A stretch of DNA of 64,000 nucleotides, from assembly GCA_963666285.1 (NCBI GenBank), contig OY762711.1; one strand, 5' to 3'. The DNA is from Sedimentisphaerales bacterium (GTDB lineage Bacteria; Planctomycetota; Phycisphaerae; Sedimentisphaerales; SM23-30). How positions within the stretch are numbered: position 1 is the stretch's first letter; every line of letters starts with the position of its first letter. The notes below the pieces were generated by a model that worked only from the letters and a program-made list of their open reading frames with translations, had not been told where the DNA came from and searched no databases. This document shows, piece by piece, positions 52,701 to 61,700 of this stretch. The translations under genes and the position numbers were made by a program.

Positions 52701-55700
52701 GCCTATACCGGTTCCATTACCTTCAATCAGGTTAGCATGGTCAAAATCACTGCCGCCTACCTGGCCGCTGCCGCTTATTCCAGTGCCATTTTCAAATATA
52801 TGCTGGTCCTGCACCCACGCATTTACAAGATTAACACCAACCGTATTACCGTAAATTTCATTTGCTATACTGCCGACAACAAAGCCTAAACCGTTCACAT
52901 CTCCGCTTACTGTTGATCTTATACCAATGCTATTGTCATAAATATAGTTTTCATTAACAAGTGCACTAGCACCGTATTCGATACCAACTGCTGCACCGTG
53001 AATACTGTTATGTTCGATCATACCGGCATAAGCATCGTTAATTTCGATACCGGTCAATGATGACAGAATATCATTATCACTTATCAAGCCGTCTGATTCG
53101 CCGCTCAATACCACACCGGCAGTACCTGCCATTACGTTATACTGTACAACAACATCACTTCCTGCACCTATATTCAATGCTGTACCGGTATCATCCGAAC
53201 CATCATCTATAATAAGAGTATTATGCATTATTTGTGACGACAGACTGCCGTTCAATGACACATTTCCATCTACCACTGAATCTATAAGGCCGAATCCTGA
53301 AACAGCACTTACTGAAACATTACCGATTATTGACAATCTCTGAAGAATAACATCATCAGCATTTACGAATATATCACCTTCGATTGCAATATCCATTCCG
53401 CACCAGATCAATACCCCTGCATCTTCGGCTGCTACTGTAAATCCGTCGTTACTGCCGGAAACTACAATCACATCACCTGGATCCAGATCATTTCCATCCA
53501 GAATTCCCTGGACAGTGGTAGTTGTTCCGTCTGCGTAGAATATTCCATGTCCGGCAAGTTCACTTACTTCAAATAGATTGCCCCGTACATAAACTTCCGG
53601 CTCGCCAGAAGAACTGTCCTGCCAAGCGACAAAAGGTCTGCCGCTGCTGTCAACGCTCAAACTCAGGCTCTCAACCTCTCCACCGGTTATGCTTATGCCT
53701 GCACCACTGGCATCACCTGGCAATTCCTCGACAAAATCGGTTCCATCCCATACTTTCGCATACAATGCCGCTCCGTCACTGCCGGCCGGACCAAATGTAT
53801 CCTCCCATACCAGGTACAATTTCCCGCCACCGGAAGCCAGTCGCGGTTCTGATGCAAAACCGTAGGAGTCTGATATTCCACCTGCCGCCAAACCGTCAGC
53901 ACCTGCTGAAACAAAACTGCCTGCCACACTGTCATAGCGTACAGCATATATATTAGATATAGTATCGCCCGCCATACTGCTTGCACCTTCCCAGGCAACA
54001 AACAGTTCACTACCAAAATATGCTATCGCAGGCCGTGCCCAACTGTAATCTTCACTATTCAAGCCGTCTCCAGTTGCTGAACCATCAAGTTCAACAAACG
54101 AGCCGCTATCCAGTACTTTCAAATAAATATGATCGTACCCATTTACTGTCTCCGTCCAGCTTACAGCAATATCTGTTCCATCAACAGCAACCGCAAAATC
54201 AGTAACATTACTGGCTGAAACACTTATGCCGCCACTGACGGCACTGCCTGATGCCAGTTCCTGCCAGTTTGCACCGTCAAAATATCTGGCATACAACTGG
54301 CTCGTTCCACTGCTTACATCCAGCCATACAACCACTGGGCCAAGGTCAGAATTCACTATTATTGCATCATCAGCATTACCGCTTGAACTCATACCTCCAA
54401 TTGACATTGAGCTGCCCATCGCAACCCAGCCGCCTGTTCCGCCATTAGCTGAAGGGTCATATTTCGCAGCATAGATATCGCTGACTATACCATTCGATTC
54501 TGTCCACGCTACTATCGGGTTGCCGGAACTGTCCAGCGTAATAACCGGCGCTGTCGAACTTCCGCTGGTGTTGCTTATACCGCCTTGCTCTGCACTTCCG
54601 CCTAGCTGCGACCAGCCAGTACCGTCATGGACGGCAACATAGATTTCGAAATTACCGTTTCTGCTGTCCGCCCAGGCTGTATACTGCTCGCCGCCGCTGC
54701 CGGCAACGATAGAAGGCTCTATCGAGCTGGAATTAATGCCGCTCAAACCAACACCTGTCGCAGATCCGGCAAACTCTGCCCAGCGGCCATACTGATCATA
54801 GCCTTCCGGCAAATCAACTGTCGCATATTCATTTGTCAAATCTGCTACTGTTAATGTAGGTGCTGCTGTTGCCGATGGAGCTGTAAATGAAGAATCATCA
54901 CCTGCATCACCATAATCCACCAGGTCAGAACTGCCTGCCCCGGCATCAATATAGTCATCCTCACCCTCACCATACAGCAAATCATTTCCGCCGCCGCCGT
55001 ATAGCATATCCTGCCCAGACCCGGCTTCCATCCCATCTGTACCATAATCACCAAACAAATAATCAACTGCATTATCATCAACTGTCACATAATACAGATT
55101 ACTGTCACCATACAGAATATCATGATCCCCGGCACCTACCAGCACATCACTACCGGAATTACCTTCAATTATATCATCTCCGTCACCACCTTCGATGATA
55201 TCATCACCATCACCACCGGCAATTATATCGTTACCTGCCATACCAAATATACGGTCATTTCCATCATCGCCAAGTATTATATCTGCTCCATCATCAGATC
55301 CGTACAATGTGTCATCGCCAACACCTCCATCAAGCATGTCACCTGTGCCATAACCGGCATATAATACATCCATACCGGCCTGGCCGTAGATTTCATCTAC
55401 ACCGAAACCGCCGTCAATCCAGTCATGGCCGAGATTTCCATAAATCTCATCATCACCAAGGCCGCCGTAGATAGTATCTGAACCGATACCCGCATATATT
55501 ACATCATCTCCCCAGTCACCAAATATAGTATCATCAGCACCATCATCTGTTGCTGAAGCAGCATCAAAGCCCCAGATGGTGTCATTACCTTTACCACCGT
55601 AAATAATATCTGCTCCACCCTGACCGGAGATCATATCATCTCCATCGCCACCACTGATATAATCATCACCGGCTCCGCCAAGGATTGTCTCATTTTCACT

Positions 55701-58700
55701 TGAACCGTAGATAGTATCATCGCCGGCTCCGCCATCAATAGTCAGTGTTGCTGTGGTTTTCCATACATTAAGAACTTCTATTCGGTCATCACCATCACCG
55801 GCCATTACTTCAACACTGCTGCCAATAGTATCTATAGGACTGTTTGAATCAATCAATATGTGATCTTCAAGCGAAGAGCCAAGTATATATACATTCGCTC
55901 CGCTCAAGCCACCAAGAATGGTAATATCTGTACCAAAACCGTCCGCATTACCGTTGCCGCTGCGTAATGTTAAGTCATTTGCCGCACTTACCAGCGAATG
56001 CAGCCCGGTCTTAACATCATCGCCGGCATTTAACTGTACCGAACCGGCCAAAGAATCAATCGATATATAATCTGCAACTATCAGATCATCACCGGTATTC
56101 ATGCTTTCTGACGCTGTTAACACAATATCATTTCTGGCTTCAATATCTTCTGCCACATATATCGGACTGCCATTGATAAAGCTTATCAGTCCACCGGCGA
56201 GCATTCCATAACTGCTGTCGATTACTCCGCCAATAACAACCGCACCTGTATTAGTCATCCAGGTACTGCCGTTTACTGACTTGCTCTCAATGTTACCAAC
56301 AACCAACTCTATAGCATTAGTCGCCTGACCAATATCAGTTCCGGCATGAAGATATGCCAGACCTGCTGAAACATTAATGTCACTTCCATTGCCATCTAAC
56401 AAGCTGTCTGCTAATGCATAGATATACGCTGTGGCATCATATCCGGCAGTCACTATATTAAGAGTAAGATCGCCAACCGGCTCTGATACATTTGTGTCTA
56501 ACGCACTTGTTGCTGTCAAAACACCCGGACCACTATGTGCAGAATCAATATCAATATTATCATTCAACACACCAATAGAACCGTTAATCGCTGTCATAGT
56601 GATATTATCACCAATTACATCAACAGACGGACTACCACTAACACCCTCATATGCATCCAGAATCGAGCCATCGGCGATTAAAGTGACATCACCCATTGCA
56701 GACGAGATAACTCCGACAACCATATCACCTTCAACTTCATTCAGGTATATGCTTTCCTGAGCATCGACATCAACCGGACCACTATACTTGGCGTTTAGGT
56801 CCAGGAAGTTCAACGCGGTACCAACACCGCCGCCGGCTGTTATTGTTATGCTGCCTGTCAGAGGATCCGGCGAATCAAATGTATTAATATTTACTACCGG
56901 TACACTGACATCATCAAAGAAATCAATTATATCACCCTGTGCTATCAATTCAACTGAGGTACCGGATGTTATCCGGCCAACTATCATATCTCCTTCATCT
57001 ACATCCAGTTTTACTGAGCCGCCCGCGGTAACAGTCGATACTGTCAAATCATTAACAACATAAGGTACACCACGAATTACGGCATCCTCGGCAATCTGCC
57101 TGATATTCATATTGCCGGTTGTTGTTGCGTTCAAAATGCCGCCAACTGCCATCTGGATACGTAATTCATCTCCGGCCGCTCCGCCGCTGTCACCCTTAAT
57201 CTCTGTCAGCGAACTGATATACAGATTTCCGCCCAGCGTTATCGAGGCATCAGAATCCTGGTATGTGTCAATTATTGAATCTGCTGCTGACAGCCTGATA
57301 TCATTACTTGCTATCACCTGGTTAAGATTTAGCTGCGACATACCTTCAACAGCAATATTATTACCGGCATCAAGTGTTACTGAACCACCGGCATCTATTT
57401 CCAGGTCATCCCAAACTCTTAGTGTCAGGTAATCAACAATAAATTTGTTCTCAACTACTGTACCATTTGCAATGTCAACCGTACCATCTTCGGTATTGTA
57501 ATCAGAACTGATCTTCTCCCACCTGGCAGCATTACTGAAGTCCTGCTGGGTCAGATCTATGCCGCCCGATACACCGTGATAACGATACAATCCGTATTCT
57601 TCTTTGCTGTACTGCACGAGCACTGTCTGCCCAGTTGCTATTTCTATGCCCTGGCTTGTACTGCGGTCAAATCCGGTAATGTAATTCGTACTTAGCTTTT
57701 GCCATTCACTTCCGGAATAATCCTCTGCTTCCAGGTCCACTCCTGTTGCACCACTGCCGGTATATTGATAGAACTCATAAGTGAAACCGATTATATCCTC
57801 AATCGACGCACTTGCCAGGCCTACTACCTGCTCCAGCGTCATCAGATCATAGCCCCTCGACATATTCAACAGCATTGTCGGTGATACTCGACCAATATCA
57901 CTATCGTTACCACCCGCATTTACATATACTGTTCCACCGGAAATGTTAGCCTTTTCTGCTTCAGGGGCATCTGGAATATTACCCAGCATCTCGGCATGAG
58001 GATATAAATACTGCATCATACCAGCAGATAATGGATAATCCTGCTTGTCTGCGGCAATACTCACACCATCAGCAATATTTGTGAAAATATAAATATCACT
58101 GCCAAGGTATTGCGATGGGGTAAAGTTTTCATAATATGCATCATAAACTGACCCATTAGCAGTAGTAAGATATACATTGCCATTGGTCGAAACCACTGAA
58201 CCTTCATTAACACTAAGATTCTGGGGTTCTATAAGTTTCATATCACCATAGGTCTCATGCAGGAATATACTGTTCTTGGCATATGCCGCCAAACCACCTT
58301 CATCACCGGTATAACTATCACTATTTACTTGTATGTATGATAGATGGCTACCAATAGAACCACTACTTGCAGATAGCTCTACTCTAACACCGTCTACACG
58401 TGAAAGTGAATCTGTATCCGCTGTTATACCATTTGGTGCTGTTATAGTAACATCACCTGTACTGGATATTATTTCGCCAAGCTTTAATTTACTACTTATA
58501 TTATCATGCGATACAGCCGCAACTTCTATATCAGCCCCGGCATATATATTTAAGGTACCCTTATCACCCTCAACATTAACCTTAACCTCTCCGTCAGCAT
58601 AAATTGTCGGACTGACACCAAAAATCGCTACCGAATTACTTGCAGTTACATCACCATAGATTGATTCAAGTGAAATAGAACCATTTTCAGGAGAACTTAT

Positions 58701-61700
58701 ATTATCCTCCATATATATACTGCCGTTTGACTCTATATTAATATATGGTGTTGTTGCACCTGCGATAAAATTAATTGCAATTGGATAATCGGCCTTGAGT
58801 GTATGGGTATAATAATCCTTCTTACCTTCAATCTGAGTAGTCAGAGTATGAACAGTCTTGGTTCTCAGCCATCCGCCGCCGGTTGTCCATTCATCAACAG
58901 TTATACTGTAATTCTTGAAATCACTGTCATATTTATTCGCTGCCGGATTCTCAAAATCTGTTCCGGTATAATCGCTTACATATACCCAGTCCGGATCAGC
59001 TTCAAAGTCCACAATCGGAGTTACTACTCCGGTTTCCTCATCAACTGAAACCAACGCTACTTCTCGGGCAATAGCTGATGCGTCGAATTCATATACTTTA
59101 TTTGTCGCTATATCTCGAACCTGTGTAACACCCGGTATTGCATCAATATCAATATCAGTCTGACGCTCATAATATATGGTATATATTGTACCGTTGGCAT
59201 AACTCGGCATCTCGTCATCACCTGGTGCTACCAGACTCTCAGATTCCAATAATGGCATATCGTCTGTAAACTCGATTGTCTGCCACTTATAACTGTTATC
59301 ACTGCTAAGCCAATCTTCAAAATTTGTCGCTCCGCCAAACAGGTTAAACGTTTTCTTCTCGTATTTCCTTACTGTTGTCTGGGTAAATTCCTGCCCCTCT
59401 GTCCAGACATACTGCAAACCTTCCCTCGGCTCATAATATATATCATCTGTCACATTGTGGGTATCTGTTGTAGATAGTGTATATTCAATTCGAGAAATAA
59501 CTCCATCTTCTACATTTGGATCACCTGCTACCAAAGTTCCAGTATATACTTCTTCTGAAACCGATGAACCGTCAACCTCGTATACTGTTTTCTCCAGCGT
59601 TGCTGTATCGATAATCGTTATCTTACCGACACGCTCGGTTGTTGTATCTATGCGGTTTAATATCAGGTCATACGAACTGTTGTTATCTATATCTACACTT
59701 GTATAACCATGAGCCACTCTGATCTCACCGTTACCGGTACTAAATATCTGGCCTGCCAGTGTCACTTTACCACCCTGTGGTACTATCTCATCCAGTACAA
59801 TTGCCTGCTTCTCAGCGTCAAAATAACCATCAACCGGTACATTATCTTCTCCAAAGCTCATTCCGTCCAGAACATTGCCGTCATCATCTACAAAACTGGT
59901 GGTTGTATCTCCCGGATCAAAATCAGCTGCTATTTCCAAAGTAATTACATCAACTCCACTCTGGATCAAGCCGTTAATGTTCAAATACCTGGCTGTTACG
60001 GTAACTGATCCCATTGCCAGAATCATTGATGTATCGGAATCTATCGCTTCATCAAGTCCTTCAATCGGGCCGACAAAATCATTAAATACTTCACTGTCGA
60101 CCGCACCGGACTCATTCCATACCTCACTTCTTAAAGTTTCATAATCCAGGTACTGGCGTGGATCTTTATTGGTATGCAGCCAATCGTCAGTATTCAGGTT
60201 AAAGTCGCGTGCAGCAATGATATTAACATTCTCACCGCGAATCTCTCCGGTTATATTAATGCTGCCGTTCTTATTCTCTATTGTGATATCACCATCTTCA
60301 TTAATTACATCACCGGTAATATACAAATCCTGATCCAGAGGCGGCAATGTCAGACTGCCAAGGTCATAACTGCTGCTTGCTAATGCATACTGTAATATAT
60401 TAATCTCTTTATCTGAAACATCTGACACGCTGGTAAGAGGGGTATAGTTCAGATATACATTTCCCGGCTCAAGTACTAAACGTTCGCCTTCATTCAAAAC
60501 TACCCGGTAATTATCTCTCACCACGGTATCATTCACATTCATCGTAAATGGTGACTGGTTGAATATCTCAATGCCTGCCCCGGAATGTGCTATTATCTGG
60601 TTGCCGATCATGGAATTAAACGCACCCGCTGACTGACCGTCTGAATCGATAAAGACCGAACCAGGTGCCGCATAAATCTCCGGCAGATCCATAAATATAA
60701 GGTCTAGTTCTTTGCGAACTACAGGATTTGAAGGGTCTGTATTATCAAACAGTCCAAGCTCATCAAGAATAGCATCCAGTTCTTCCAACTGAACCTGGTA
60801 ACGCGCTACCGCCTCGGCATTAGTCGCGTGATTTGCTATCCAGCTCAATATTTCTGCTCGCTGTTCAAATAATATATTGCCAAGATTAACATATGATATC
60901 TCTGGGTCTGCCATTGAGACCGGCTTAATTACATAAAACTTACCATCCAGTTCATTTGCAAACATCTGGGTAATATTACTGTCATATACTGCAAATTCAT
61001 CTTCTTCCTCTGAAGTCAGACTTGCTCCCAGATTCTTCCATTTTGATGTATTGGAATAATCTTCAGTATTCAGAACTATATCTTCGCTAAAATCTTCCGT
61101 CTGATGTTCGTAATCCACACCTGGAATATCTGTCATATACTGATAATAATTACCGACAACTCCGCCGCCGCTTGCTCCGGATATTACATGAATTATAGTA
61201 CCCTGGTTGATCTTGAACTCAATATCAGTCAATACCAGCGGGGCATATTCATAATCCAACCCGGAATCAATTCCCAATAATCCCAGCTCTCCGGATGTCA
61301 GCAGGGTTCCTATCCTGCTTGGATCTATCTGGTTTGAACCATTTACCTTGACCGGCCTGATCTGGATTACGCTCTTATTATTAATTCCGGCTTCAACCTG
61401 TGCGTTTGTTCCAATATTTACATTATTGTAACTATTGATAACTGTATTATTTGGCACATCGATTCCATATGGAATCAGGGACAATGACAATACCAGGCCG
61501 TCTGTACCGCCTCTCTCACTACCGCCAATACCTTCCTGTGCTGTCAAGGTCACATCTTCCAGGGCAAGCACTTGCGATGTCCCATTAATATTTACTGTAT
61601 TATGCTCGTAAATTCTTACCCGAGGATCCGGATCGTTCAGATTAGGCAGCAAAGAAAACGCAGTAATCTCGGTATTAGCAAAACTGTACAGAATATTTGG

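Noticed and set aside
54900..55810. Calling the giant protein an RTX toxin
   Set aside because: Only Ca-binding repeats are present; no recognisable toxin domain, activator or T1SS genes in the window.
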